Of a stretch of 64,000 bases of DNA, positions 44,923 through 58,559 are shown in pieces (positions within the stretch are counted from its first letter, which is position 1; each line of letters opens with the position of its first letter). The notes under the pieces were generated by a model that saw only the letters and a list, made by a program, of their open reading frames with translations, was not told the DNA's origin and made no database searches. The position numbers were made by a program, and so were the translations under genes. The DNA is from Eledone cirrhosa (lineage: Eukaryota). Where the stretch lies: assembly GCA_964016885.1 (NCBI GenBank), contig CAXHJY010001082.1, positions 1 to 64,000 of the forward strand, written 5' to 3'.

Positions 44923-44925
44923 ATG
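41929..44925. repeat. ~3-kb (TA/TG) array
   Basis: Direct reading; source of the 1004-aa spurious ORF. Confidence 0.95.
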
Positions 44926-46734
44926 TAAAAGGTAAACAGAAATAACAACACAATCTGTACAGTATATGGAAGGTATATAGTAGGTTAACGCTTGATATAG
45001 AAGTCCTTCATCAGAAGAATGAATTAGAAATAAAATAGATTGAGGGTACGGGTGGGATGGAATTTGAAAAAATGATTTTAGATAGAAATAACAGGTCCAT
45101 TCATGTATATATATATATATATTTTTTCTTCTCATGTTTTTTTATATATATTTACCTCGGCTGGGTTTGTCTGTTTCTCTCTTACTGCTTCCCCGCTCTC
45201 TCTGTTTCTCTCACCTTCTTTCGCCCCATCTGTCAGTTACACTTTCTCTCGACTGAGCTCTTCCTCACACTTCCACTCACTCACTCTCTGTTTCTCCCTT
45301 TCTCACTTGCTCCCGTTTGGCTTGTGTGTGTCTCTTCTTGCTTACATCTCACACACATTGACACGGTCTGTACCTCTCTCGCTCATGAAACCCACCCAGA
45401 TTAAGCTGACCGGACAACCATGCTGCTTGTTTATTTTCCTATCTTCGGTTTGCTTTTATCCTTCTATGTTGTTTACTTGTCCCCCTCGCTTTACGCGAAT
45501 TACTGGTCCCAATACCTTTTTTTAGTTATTGCTCGCACCAACCTGAGGTATCTGATTTTTAATGCGATGAAATACCAATGATGGTTGGAAAATCACTGAC
45601 GGACTATTTTTATCATATGTAACCCATGTGCAACCACGCAGTATTCTTCTTTCTTTTCATGTTTTTTATATATATATAAATAGCTTTGGCGTAATCATAT
45701 AGAAAGTACACAATTAGACAGTTGCAGCCTAATAACGTCTGCCTTTGCTATTAGGTGGCTATTGTTGTCCAGTTACGTAAGCTGAGTTTGGGGTGATGGG
45801 TGATCCACGTTTGATTTGCCGAACTTAGAGGGTTAATGATGTTTAGCAGGTGTCGTGAGAACAGGTTGGTGTTCGGGTTACGGTATTTGCTGAATGTTGA
45901 GTGGTTATGAATTGGATTCGAATCGCGAGGCTGAGCTTTCGTTTCCAGGATAGGGCAACGAGTTATGTCTTTGAACAAGACTTTATATTCCACGTTGCTC
46001 AGCTTGCCAACAGTTGCGAACGGTAGATAGTATTAACAATTGGAAGGACGTTTGTAAATATTGTTTCCTCGGTTCGATTTGACGTACTTCACTCTACTCG
46101 GTAAGCGAATGAGTTCTGGGTTCTTGTCAATCTACGATCATTCATTCAGAATTTCATAAAAAGAAGCTGGCAATGACAGACGCTATAATGTGATGGTAAA
46201 TCTGGGTTATTTTCCATACGAAATGTCACAATATCTGAAGAAATGTTATCGTATATATTTAATTCTTTAGACATTGATGACACCACAGGGATGAAGTAGC
46301 ATGAGATTTAGAGTTTCTAAAAAAACAAATCATCGATGTAATGTGAATTAAAATGAGTATAACCGAGATTAGAAACCAGTCTCATGAGAATACCGTTGTT
46401 CCGCAGTACATGATTACACTCTCCTCCCTCTCCCCTCCCCCTCCCTCCCTCTTCCCTCCCCTCCCCCTCCCTCTCCCCGCCCCTCTCTCTCCCCTCTCCC
46501 CCCACTCTCCCTCCCCCACACACATATATATATATGAATATATGAATATATTCAAATGAGATATGTTAGTCATGTGTGCGTGTGAAAGAGACAAAGAGGG
46601 AAATGAAGGAACAATCAGATTATATATATATAGATATATATGCACATTACATATATATATAGATATAAGTACTACACACACACACACACACACATAACTA
46701 TATATTTATGTAATGTATATATATATATAAGTAT

Positions 46735-46766
<32 letters not shown>

Positions 46767-47211
46767 TATATATGTGTGTGTATATATGCTAATCGATAGA
46801 AAATAGGCCTTTTTCGATTAGTTTTTACATTCACTGGAAACCTGACCCTAAATAATATATTTAGTTTGTTAACATTCTATGATATATATATATATATATT
46901 ATATATATATATATATACATACATACATAAATATGCATATATATATATATATATAATAGAAAATAAATGAGGAAGTTTCGTTTACATATATGTGCAGGTG
47001 TATGTCTGTATATATATATATATATATGTATATGGGATTATATGTTGATGGCTGGTCAGATATCATTTTACCCATCACTGATTGGTTACTGTCGAGCATA
47101 CCAATGGAATCTTATAGCCACAAGTCTGCGTTCGGATAATTAAACATCCACACTGATTACCAGAAAATTTACCGATATTCTATTATTCTTTTTTTCCTTT
47201 ATTCGTTAATT

Positions 47212-47370
47212 CGTTTATTGCTTTCAGTCATTAGACTGCGGCCAAGCTGTGGCATTGCCTTGATAAGCGTTAATCGATAATACCAAACTCAGTGTTTAGT
47301 GTTTATTTAGTTTATTTTATTGATCTCTCTTTGTCGAACCACTAAATTTCAGGATATAAATAAATAATAA
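47212..47370 (-). mobile_element. Diverged SINE fragment
   Basis: TTTCAGTCATTAGACTGCGGCC..TCTCTTTGTCGAACCACTAA resembles a common octopus repeat as I recall it; not verified. Confidence 0.5.
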
Positions 47371-47410
47371 ACACACACACACAAACATACATATATATAT
47401 ATATATATGT

Positions 47411-47450
<40 letters not shown>

Positions 47451-47626
47451 TGAGGGTGGCCTAATCCATTATTATTTAGGTAATGTACATTAAGCTCGAT
47501 GCATTATTATATTCGAGAGAATAAAAACAATTGTGCAAATTAGATGGATTTTGAATAAAAACCTTTGTTTTACTTTAGTATTAACTACACACACACTCAC
47601 CCCCCCTCACACATATATATATATAT

Positions 47627-48015
47627 AATAATAATTGTTTCTACTTTTGGCACAAGACCAGCAACTACCCAGTGCATTACTGGTATTTTATTTTATCGAC
47701 CCCCCTAAGGATGAAAGGTAAAGTAAACCTCGGCGAGATTTGAACTCACATCATAAAGGGACGTAACTCTATGCGTCAAAGCATGGCGTCCGACCCTTTA
47801 CCGATACTACCAATCCACCGCCCTTATATATAATAATAATAATAATAATTGTTTCTACTTTTGGCACAAGGCTATCAATTATCCAAGTGCATTACTGGTC
47901 CTTTATTTCATCAACCCAGTAAGGATGAAATGCAAGGTTGACAGACCGTAAATGGGCGAAACTCTATGCTGCAAAGCATAGTGTCCGAACCTCTACTGCT
48001 AGTGCCAATCCACTT
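47627..48015 (-). mobile_element. Two tandem tRNA-derived SINEs with (AAT)n tails
   Basis: Same family; the second copy has an internal deletion spanning the B box. Confidence 0.85.
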
Positions 48016-48246
48016 GACGGAACTAGCATGGGATTCGCAGTTAGTACCGGTTGCATCTCAGCGTACTCAATAGGAAATGTTAAAGAAACTCTCAGCGTAG
48101 ACACATAGTCATTCGCTTCAATACAATGCACGTACATAGATAACTTCAATCGTCACCCGTACTCGAGTTTTGGCCACACTTAATGGAGCAATAGAGTGCA
48201 CACACACCATCTACTGTCTGCATTTATTATGAAGCAATGCACAATG

Positions 48247-48321
<75 letters not shown>

Positions 48322-48361
48322 GTGCCAATAAGAATTGCAGCTTCTTGTAAACTTTATTTTT

Positions 48362-48423
48362 TCATATTACAATTGTTTCTGTATCGGTCAGCTCAGGTTT
48401 AATCGTCTCTCCTTCAGATATGA
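48362..48423 (-). ncRNA. Degenerate hammerhead-like motif (CTGAAGG)
   Basis: Minus: TCATAT-CTGAAGG..GAAA-CAATTG-TA-ATATGA; 6-bp stem I, weak stem II. Confidence 0.6.
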
Positions 48424-48483
48424 GAGTTTACATGGGTGGTCCAATCCAAACAGGTATCCCAAAACATCTCGTCCACCCTGCCA

Positions 48484-48539
<56 letters not shown>

Positions 48540-48551
48540 TTATTAAAATAA

Positions 48552-48625
48552 CAGATTAAAGTTTAAGCAAAGAATCGCTGCTTTCACGCTTAACGGGATC
48601 TTCTGAAACTAAAAAAATCAATCTG
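48552..48625 (-). ncRNA. Family D hammerhead-like motif with CAGAAGA core
   Basis: Minus: CAGATTGA..AGTTT-CAGAAGA-TCCCGTTAAGCGT-GAAA-GCAG..TTGC-TT-AAACT-TTAATCTG; homologs at 24544-24615 (+) and 49721-49793 (+). Confidence 0.45.
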
Positions 48626-48881
48626 TTAACGCAGAAGTAAATGTTTCGAATAACGTTGTAACTGAAGGAAAACAGGAAGACGATACTTTGATTCGTGAAG
48701 ACGTTCCCTGGCAATGAACGGAAAAAAGCTTAGATAATACGTCGTTATGTGGAGCGTAGAGAAAAAATACACGCAAAGACAAAACCACGTTTATGGTATA
48801 AATGGAGTCATAGACTAATATTCTATTTAGGAAACCGAATGATTCTCGGCTTTGGATTTTAGTCTTCATATTTATTATCTA

Positions 48882-49321
48882 CTAGCAGATGTACCCGGCG
48901 TTGCTCGGGAAATGAATGACAGCCTGTTTGTCCGTATAAAGAGAGCCAAAGGTTGAACAAAGAATTGAAATGTAATTGTAAAAAAAAAGTTTAACAAAAT
49001 GGGTGTACAGTGACATGATTGAGTGAAATAAACGGCAACATAAAAACAATTCATGGGGTAGCTTGAGTTAATTGACGGGAATGATTTCAGGTCCGGCCTT
49101 GCTGTAGTAGGTATGAGTAAGGGGATAAAGATGGAATAGACGCACCGTATGTCCTTCAGTAGACTAAACCGTATGCGTAAGATGGCGCTGCCACTACCAC
49201 GTTGACCATCCACTGGACATAGAAATATCATTCCTTGAAGCAAATCGGCCTAGTACTTCAAAAGTTAAAAGGAGCCTAGTATTTGTACACAGACAAACAA
49301 ACTTCCTTATATATATATAGA
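48882..49321 (-). mobile_element. Non-autonomous Helitron
   Basis: Minus strand starts TCTATATATA and ends with hairpin CCCGAGCAACGCCGGG then CTAG; inserted between A48881 and T49322 without TSD. Confidence 0.8.
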
Positions 49322-49628
49322 TATATCTAAAACAGAGAATGTCTGTCTGTCTGACTCCCTAAAACTCGAGAACCACCCAACCGACTTTTTTCAAACGTTA
49401 CACATGTAATACTTATGGCCCTGTGAGTCTTTTGAGCAAATAAAATTTCAAATTTTCAATGCCCTAGGGACCGCATTAGGCGATTTAGCGATCTCTCTCT
49501 ATAATTCTTAGTCCTTCATTTTAGATAGATACATAGATGTACCGTTGCGCCCTTATAATATCTGTCTGTATATCTGGCTGTCTGCATTACGACATTATGA
49601 CGTCACTATGTATGTGTGTGTATGTATG

Positions 49629-49685
<57 letters not shown>

Positions 49686-49687
49686 TG

Positions 49688-49793
49688 TAACGTTTTTCGA
49701 AATATTTACTTCTGCGTTCACAGATTGATTTTTTAGTTTTAGAAGATCCCGTTAAGGGTGAAAGCAGCGATTCTTTGCTTAAACTTTAATCTG

Positions 49794-49797
<4 letters not shown>
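49688..49797 (+). mobile_element. Family D repeat copy inside a Helitron-borne microsatellite
   Basis: Inverted homolog of 48541-48660, flanked by (TA)n on both sides. Confidence 0.7.
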
Positions 49798-49837
<40 letters not shown>

Positions 49838-50439
49838 GTGTACAGATATTTTTGCATACACTATAACAAAATATAAACAAAGGTATTTATTTCACGAGGC
49901 TCGATAAGGATAAATATATATCAAATATATAAGAACCCTAGAGCAAATCCCGAGCAACGCCGGCCCGTTCTGCTAATTATTACTAATATATATCTATCTA
50001 TCTCTCTATATATATATATATTGCTAAAAGAATCGAACGGACGGGATGTTTGAGATGTCTGTTTTCAGCTCTGTAGGTTCTCTGATGAAGTTACGTCCCT
50101 TGTCACAGGAAAAACGGTTAAGTCTTTATCAGGGGATTCGTCCACAGAGCGTGTCAGTAATGGAAAGCCCAACGATAGCTCTGTTCATATTTTCTTCTTC
50201 CTTTCTTTTTCTTTAAGATCTTACCTCGTTAATCTAGAATGTCGGAATGCCCGAATGCCAGAATGCAAGAATACCATTCGTAAAATATTCTGAGGTTCTT
50301 TTACTGTCATTTTCAAGAACACTAACGACACCAACTCTTCTAATTGATATATTATGTAATAACCAGAAAAAAATTCCCAACGTTTAAATGAAACACAGTA
50401 TTACAAATGGAAGAAAGATTTCCCGAAGGGTTTCAACCG

Positions 50440-50854
50440 TATGTATGTGTGTATGTGTGTGTGTGTGTGTGTGTGTTTGTGTGTGTGTGTATATATATAT
50501 GTATATATATATATGTGTATATATATATGTATATATATATATATGTGTATATATATATGTATATATATATATATGTGTATATATATATGTATATATATAT
50601 ATATGTGTATATGTATATATATATATGTGTATATGTATATATATATATGTGTATATGTATATATATATATATGTGTATATGTATATATATATATGTGTAT
50701 ATTTATATATATGTGTATATTTACATATATATATGTGTATATATATATGTGTATATATATATGTATATATATATATGTATATATATGTGTAAATATATAT
50801 GTATATATAAATATATATATATGTGTAAATATATATGTATATATAAATATATAT

Positions 50855-50888
<34 letters not shown>

Positions 50889-51047
50889 ATGTGTAAATAT
50901 ATATGTATATATAAATATATATATATGTGTATATATATATGTATATATATATATATATGTGTATATATATATGTATATATATATATGTATATATATATGT
51001 ATATATATATATATATATGTGTATATATATATGTGTATATATATATG

Positions 51048-51079
<32 letters not shown>

Positions 51080-51161
51080 TATGTGTGTATATATGTATAT
51101 ATATATATATATATGTGTGTATATATATGTATATATATATATATGTGTGTATATATATATG

Positions 51162-51192
<31 letters not shown>

Positions 51193-51211
51193 GTATATAT
51201 ATATACATGTG

Positions 51212-51242
<31 letters not shown>

Positions 51243-51261
51243 GTATATATATATACATGTG

Positions 51262-51300
<39 letters not shown>

Positions 51301-51315
51301 GTGTATATATATATG

Positions 51316-51346
<31 letters not shown>

Positions 51347-51415
51347 GTGTATATATATATGTATATATATATATATGTGTATATATATATGTATATATAA
51401 ATATATATATATGTG

Positions 51416-51446
<31 letters not shown>

Positions 51447-51491
51447 GTGTAAATATATATGTATATATATATATATGTGTAAATATATATG

Positions 51492-51524
<33 letters not shown>

Positions 51525-51561
51525 GTATATATATATATGTGTATATATATATGTGTATATA

Positions 51562-51630
<69 letters not shown>

Positions 51631-51677
51631 GTGTATATATATATGTATATATATATATATATGTGTATATATATATG

Positions 51678-51740
<63 letters not shown>

Positions 51741-51767
51741 GTATATATATATATATATGTGTATATA

Positions 51768-51812
<45 letters not shown>

Positions 51813-51817
51813 ATATA

Positions 51818-51856
<39 letters not shown>

Positions 51857-52153
51857 ATATATATATGTATATATATATATGTATATATATATATATGTGT
51901 CTATATATATGTATTTATATATATGTGTATATATATATATGTGTATATATATGTATATATATATGTGTGTATATATATATATGTTTATATATATATATGT
52001 GTATATATATGTATATATATATGTGTGTATATATATATATGTTTATATATATATATGTGTATATATATGTATATATATATGTGTGTATATATATATATGT
52101 TTATATATATATATGTATATATATATGTATATATATATGTGTATATATATATA

Positions 52154-52186
<33 letters not shown>

Positions 52187-52421
52187 GTGCATATATATAT
52201 ATATATGTGTATATATATATGTGTATATATATATGTGTGTATATATATATATATGTGAGTATATATATATATATGTGTATATATATATATATATGTGTAT
52301 ATATATATATGTGTATATATATATATATGTGTATACATATATATATATATATGTGTATATATATATATGTGTATATATATATATGTGTATATATATATAT
52401 ATGTGTATATATATATATATA

Positions 52422-52488
<67 letters not shown>

Positions 52489-52548
52489 CTCTCTCTCTCG
52501 ATATATATATATATCCATATATAAATTCTTAGACAAACACGTAAAGTC

Positions 52549-52607
<59 letters not shown>

Positions 52608-52961
52608 AAGACTATGTATATGTTATTTTTATTATTATAATATTTTTTTACAACACATAATTTCCAAGTATTCATACAATCATAGAATACGTTTGCAATG
52701 TTTTTCAACAATTCTTCTGCTGTTTTACATTCTATGAAAAATTGTGGATTTACTCACGTACATAGCGTTCAGCCTCCATAACTCGTTACACCTGTATATT
52801 TGAACAGTTGCTTGCGTCCTTACACACACACACACATACACACACACATACACACACATATATACATACATACATACATACATACATACATACATACATA
52901 CATACACACATGTATATATATATACGTATATATATATATATATGTAATATATATATATGTA

Positions 52962-52992
<31 letters not shown>

Positions 52993-53292
52993 ATATTTAT
53001 ATATATATGTAATATATCATATTTATATATATATGTAATATATATATTATATATTTATATATGTAATATATATATTATATATTTATATATGTAATATATA
53101 TATTATATATTTATATATATATGTAATATATATATTATGTTTATATATATATGTAATATATATATGATATATTTATATATGTAATATATATATATAATAT
53201 GTTTATATATATATGTAATATATATATATATGATATATATATGTAATATATCTATGTAATACACACACACACAGACATATATACACACACAT

Positions 53293-53348
<56 letters not shown>

Positions 53349-53365
53349 GTATATATATATATATC
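50440..53365. repeat. (TA/TG/CA) arrays
   Basis: Direct reading; short unique spacer at ~52600-52820. Confidence 0.95.
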
Positions 53366-53465
53366 TAAATGAAGTAATTCCGACGGAAAGTTCCAGGAAA
53401 AAAGAGTGCTCTATGTAGGTTAAAGAGCTTGTTAGTTATGTAATAAACATCATAAAAGATAATTA

Positions 53466-53526
53466 TTTAATTTACCAGTGGTTTCTTGAAAGCAAGCAAA
53501 ATTGGCTTTCAGTCATCAGAATGAAA
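53466..53526 (-). ncRNA. Type I hammerhead ribozyme, inverted twin of 53551-53611
   Basis: Reverse complement gives the same core and stems with one stem I mismatch; homology extends over ~53440-53635. Confidence 0.8.
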
Positions 53527-53550
53527 AAAAAATAAAATACACCAGGATTT

Positions 53551-53611
53551 TTTCATTCTGATGACTGAAAGCAAATTTTGCTTCCTTTCAAGAAACCACT
53601 GGTAAATGAAA
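53551..53611 (+). ncRNA. Type I hammerhead ribozyme
   Basis: TTTCATT-CTGATGA-C TGAAAG..CTTTCA A-GAAA-CCACTGG-TA-AATGAAA; 7-bp stem I; GUA site at 53602-53604. Confidence 0.85.
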
Positions 53612-53637
53612 TAATTATCTTATGTTGTTTATTACAC

Positions 53638-53686
<49 letters not shown>

Positions 53687-53891
53687 AACAGCATCACAAT
53701 GGGACACAGACGTTAACATAGGAGTACATAATAACACAAAAACATCAACACGGAGAGACTTATATACAAATATGGCTGCACATGTGCACAAATATAGACA
53801 GGTATGCACGCATGCGTATATTTATGCCCGTATATAAGTGCAGATAGGTAACATCATTAAAAGGCAGCAGGTCTATATATCAGAAATACAG

Positions 53892-54420
53892 TGTACGTAG
53901 TTGTATACACATGTACATAGTTATATACACATGTACATAGCTAGTTATATACACATGTACATAGTTAGTTATATACACATGTACATAGTTATATACACAT
54001 GTACATAGCTAGTTATATACATGTACGTAGTTAATTATATATAGATGTACATAGTTGGTTATACACATGTACGTAGTTATATACCCATGTACGTAGTTAG
54101 TTATATACACATGTACATAGTTAGTTATATACACATGTACGTAGTTATATACACATCTACATAGTTAGTTATATACACATGTACGCAGTTAGTTATATAC
54201 ACATGTATAGTTAGTTATATACACATGTACATAGTTAGTTATATACACATGTACATAGTTAGTTATATACACATGTACATAGTTAGTTATATACACATAT
54301 ACATATTTAGTTATATACACATGTACATAGTTATATACACATGTACGTAGATATATACACATGTACATAGTTAGTTATATATACACATGTACATAGTTAG
54401 TTATATACACATGTACATAA
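53892..54420. repeat. 20/24-bp minisatellite ATAGTT(AGTT)ATATACACATGTAC
   Basis: More than 20 slightly variant units. Confidence 0.9.
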
Positions 54421-54502
54421 TATATAATATTGATTTATTCTCGCATACTTTGACATCGATCCAGAGAAATTGTAGTCACATATACACTGACCTCTATACA
54501 AA

Positions 54503-54649
<147 letters not shown>

Positions 54650-54704
54650 TATTTTATATTAACATGTAGTTTATTTTACTTTAGTTATTTTGCTTTAATC
54701 CAGC

Positions 54705-54845
54705 AGAGAACTCAATCAATACTTGGAATAGTAGAATATAAGTAGAGAAAAGTCAGGGCCCGGCGACTGAGTTTTAACTGGCATTCGCTCTCGAAACAAG
54801 ATCTCAGCCGTCAGTCCCGATTCTCCACTATATTCAAATACTTAT
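54705..54845. mobile_element. Diverged family A-like inverted pair
   Basis: GAAACAAGATCTCAGCCGTC on + with an imperfect inverted copy to the left and an ACTCAAT..AATACTT motif like the family A tail. Confidence 0.45.
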
Positions 54846-55160
54846 ATTCATGTTCGTATGTATACACAGAAATATATATATATATATACAGAAACATATA
54901 TATATATATACACAGAAACACTTAAATATGTATATATATATATATATATACATAATATATTCATATATACATATGTTTATATCCTATTTCCATGTAATTA
55001 GTCAACATCTAATTCCCCGAAAGCGAAATAAATATTTGAACGATATATAAAGTAAATTTAATTAATTAACAAAACACTAATTAGAATTACATCATATATA
55101 TATATATATACATACATACATACATACATACATACATACATAGATACATACACACACACA

Positions 55161-55250
<90 letters not shown>

Positions 55251-55642
55251 ATGTATGTATGCATGTATGCATGAAAATGTATACATATATATGTATATAT
55301 ATATATATTTATATATATATATATATGAATATGTATATATATGAATATATATGTATATATATATGAATATGTATATATATATATATTTATATATATATAT
55401 ATACATATTCATTAATAATATATCTATTTACATCACAAGGTCAGATTACCAATGAACAGGTAAATGCTTCTTTCCATTTTACTTCCTCCTCTCCATCGAC
55501 ACCCCGCCACCATTTAATCACTCCCTCGCCCTCGTCCATCACACCATCATCATGACAATCATCACCAGCACCAACACTTATATCACCTCCTTTTCCTTTG
55601 TCACAACAACTGCAATCTACAATCACCCCCCCCCCCCACACA

Positions 55643-55703
<61 letters not shown>

Positions 55704-55897
55704 TCACTCACTCACTCACTCACTCACTCACTCACTCACTCACTCACTCACTCACTCACTCACTCACTCACTCACTCACTCACTCACTCACTCACTCACA
55801 TATATATTTTTTTCGATCGACTTTCGTCAAATCGGACCAAGGAAACAATGTTTCCATTAGTCTTTCCAATTGCTGATACTATCTATCGGTCGCAACT

Positions 55898-56028
55898 CCA
55901 GGTAGAAGGAGCAACGTGAAATAAAGTGTCTTGCTCAAGGACATAACGCATCACCCGATCCGGGAATCGAACTCATAACCTCACGAGTGTGAACCCAATT
56001 CTCTAACCAACTCAGCCATACGCCTTCA
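55898..56028 (-). mobile_element. Second tRNA-derived SINE family (head + GTCCTTGAGCAAGACACTT central domain)
   Basis: Minus: TGGCTGAGTTGG (A box), GTTCGATTCC (B box), TGTCCTTGAGCAAGACACTTTATTTCACGTTGCTC; decayed + copy at ~45895-46000. Confidence 0.75.
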
Positions 56029-56100
56029 CATATATATATATAATATGAAAACGAAGGGATTTCGTTTTACATGTATATATACATTTTTATTGTATACCGA

Positions 56101-56177
56101 TCTGTTACGCGCGTTTCGCAGATGAAAAGCTCAAGGCCACCTATAGAAGTTTTGAACCCGACTGTTCATCAGACTGA
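56101..56177 (-). ncRNA. Type I hammerhead ribozyme, partly degenerate
   Basis: Minus: TCAGT-CTGATGA-ACAG..CTGC-GAAA-CGCGCG-TA-ACAGA; palindromic ACGCGCGT stem III; mismatches in stems I and II. Confidence 0.7.
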
Positions 56178-56248
56178 ATCATAAGCGCAATATATATATA
56201 TATTATTCACACACACACACACACACACAGACAGAAAAACACACACGC

Positions 56249-56321
<73 letters not shown>

Positions 56322-57055
56322 GAGTGTGTGTGTGTGTATATATGTATATATAACAGGATGATATTACTATCTACTCCAGAGCGAAGAAGGGAGTGTGCAA
56401 CGTGTCTTTTACACGCTAGAAATAGCAGTTACATTTCCCTCAAATCATACTTTAATCTCCTGAACAATTAAGGAGGCTATTAGGAAATGAAGCCCTTGAC
56501 ATATCCTCAACACACAAAGAAATTTACAACTGCCTTTCAGCAGTGTGACTCTCCATCAAACAGGATCTGATGAAAAATAACAAAAACTACAGTTTTAAGA
56601 AGGAATCAAATATTTAAATGCAATAAATGTCCCAGAAACGTATGTAAGTTGTAAAATCTCAAAACAATATCTAGGGCTCATTTGTTTACACGGAGAAAAA
56701 TTATTTTAATGTTTAGAATATGTTGAACATTAATTTCGAAGGCAGGAAAAAACTGTAAACACAGTTTATTACTATAAATAATATCTTGAAAAATCGAGTA
56801 AATTATCCTTTATAGGGAAGATATGGCCAGCAGCCACAACAATAAACTGTGTTCCCAGTTCTTTCCTGCATTCGAGATTTTCTATATTTTCTATATTTTC
56901 TATATTTTCTAATCATTTCAACTCACTCGACCCATCCCTCATTGTTTATTTATAAATTACGTTATATTTCATACATATTTGAATAAAGAAAATATGCATT
57001 AGACAAATGGTCTAGGATGGTGACGACTGGAATGCCTTTCATTAGATGAATTTAA

Positions 57056-57205
57056 GAATCAAGAATATTTAAACCGAATCAAGAAGATTTATATCGAACC
57101 AGGAAGATTTAAACCGAAGATTTAAACTAAACCAAGTAGATTTATACCAAATCAAGAAGATTTAAACCGAAAATTTAAACTGAATCAAGAAGATTTAAAC
57201 CGAAG
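57056..57205. repeat. 20-bp minisatellite AATCAAGAAGATTTAAACCG
   Basis: Several imperfect copies. Confidence 0.8.
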
Positions 57206-58559
57206 TTAAATAACAGAAGTTCATTAGTGTTTTAAAAAAGAATGTGATCTTATACACGACAAATGCCACAAAGATTTATGTCAACAGTAAAACATTTACA
57301 AGAATTGCTATAAAACCAGCAAAATTCAACTTCTGTGATTCATTGGTTTAAAGAGTAAAACATAACACAAAAAAAAAAACATTCTTGTTTCCCTCATTGT
57401 AATTTTGCGCAATGGGAACCATATCTTAATTTGTTCAATTGATGCAGAATGGAATAATCTTGAAATTTTTTTTATAATTAATTCCTTTTCTGGAGTACAA
57501 AAATAAAAAAATATGAAAAATGGGGTTAAAAAAATATTGTAATACAAAATAATTACAAATATAAAAATATAAAAATAGTCATCAATAACAATGGTAGCAA
57601 AGAGTAGAAATAAAATAAAATAAAATAAAATAAAATAAAATAAAATAAAATAAAATAATATAAAAATAAAGACTGCAACGACGACGGCAACAACAACAAT
57701 AGCAGTGGTAGTAGTAGCAGTGGCAAAAGTTGTACTAATAGTAGTAATAATAATAATAATAGTAGTAATAATAATAATAATAATAATAACAATAGTAGTA
57801 GTAATAATAGTAGTAATAATAATAATAATAACAATAGTAGTAGTAATAATAGTAGTAATAAGAGATGTAATAATGATGACGATGATGATGATGATGAAGA
57901 TGATACAAGAAGAGGAAAAACAACAACAACAATAGCAACAACAATAATACTATTCATGATGATGATGCAAATAATAATTACTAGACAGGCTGGATATATT
58001 TTGTAGAAAATTTATGGGAAATATCGCCTAACATGTATTTTAATTCAATTTATTTCAGTTATTGCGATTGTGTACATATAGAATGAAAACTAAATTGCAG
58101 ACCGTGTTATAATCACAAGAAAAAACAAAACCTAAAAGTCAGGGCAAAATTTAATGTTTGTCACTAGATGATAATAATCATTTTAACATTGACTCTAGTG
58201 TTTGGTGGATGAACATAGATGCTAATCTAGAAGCTATAACACAATCTCGACATGTTTACCTCTATTCAATAATGAGAAATGCTGGACAAGAAAACAACAT
58301 TTTGAGCCGAAGCGTTTGACATGTCTGTGGGTTTGTATGGTGCTGTTAAAGTGTGTGAAGAGGAAGGTTTGTATTTCATGAGCAGAGTTTAACAGAAAGA
58401 CAGCAATGACGACTATACTAGCATGAGATGAGATTTATGGAGACAACAGCCTCATAATTTTGAGGACCGGGAGTGAGCTCGTACCCGGCATGTTAACAAA
58501 TAATAACAAACTTTAAAAAAATATCCACTTGAAAATAATATTGGAAACAAATACGGCAT

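Larger units (their letters stand above)
48878..49976 (+). mobile_element. Non-autonomous Helitron hosting the nested Helitron and a family D fragment
   Basis: Removing 48882-49321 restores TCTATATATCTAAAACAGAGAATGTCTGTCTGTCTG; 3' hairpin CCGAGCAACGCCGG then CTAA (CTRR); A/T flanks. Confidence 0.7.

Noticed and set aside
41905-44951. 1004-aa ORF and overlapping ORFs
   Set aside because: Microsatellite translation only.
44985-45020. CTGATGA on the minus strand as a hammerhead
   Set aside because: No GAAA box or convincing stem I.
50075-50125. CTGATGA..GAAAAACGGTTA as a hammerhead
   Set aside because: Stems I and II do not pair convincingly, although the upstream flank resembles 48445-48475.
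50384-52660. 705-aa ORF and others
   Set aside because: Microsatellite translation only.
55950-56028. tRNA gene
   Set aside because: A and B boxes continue into a SINE body; no clean cloverleaf, so called as SINE.
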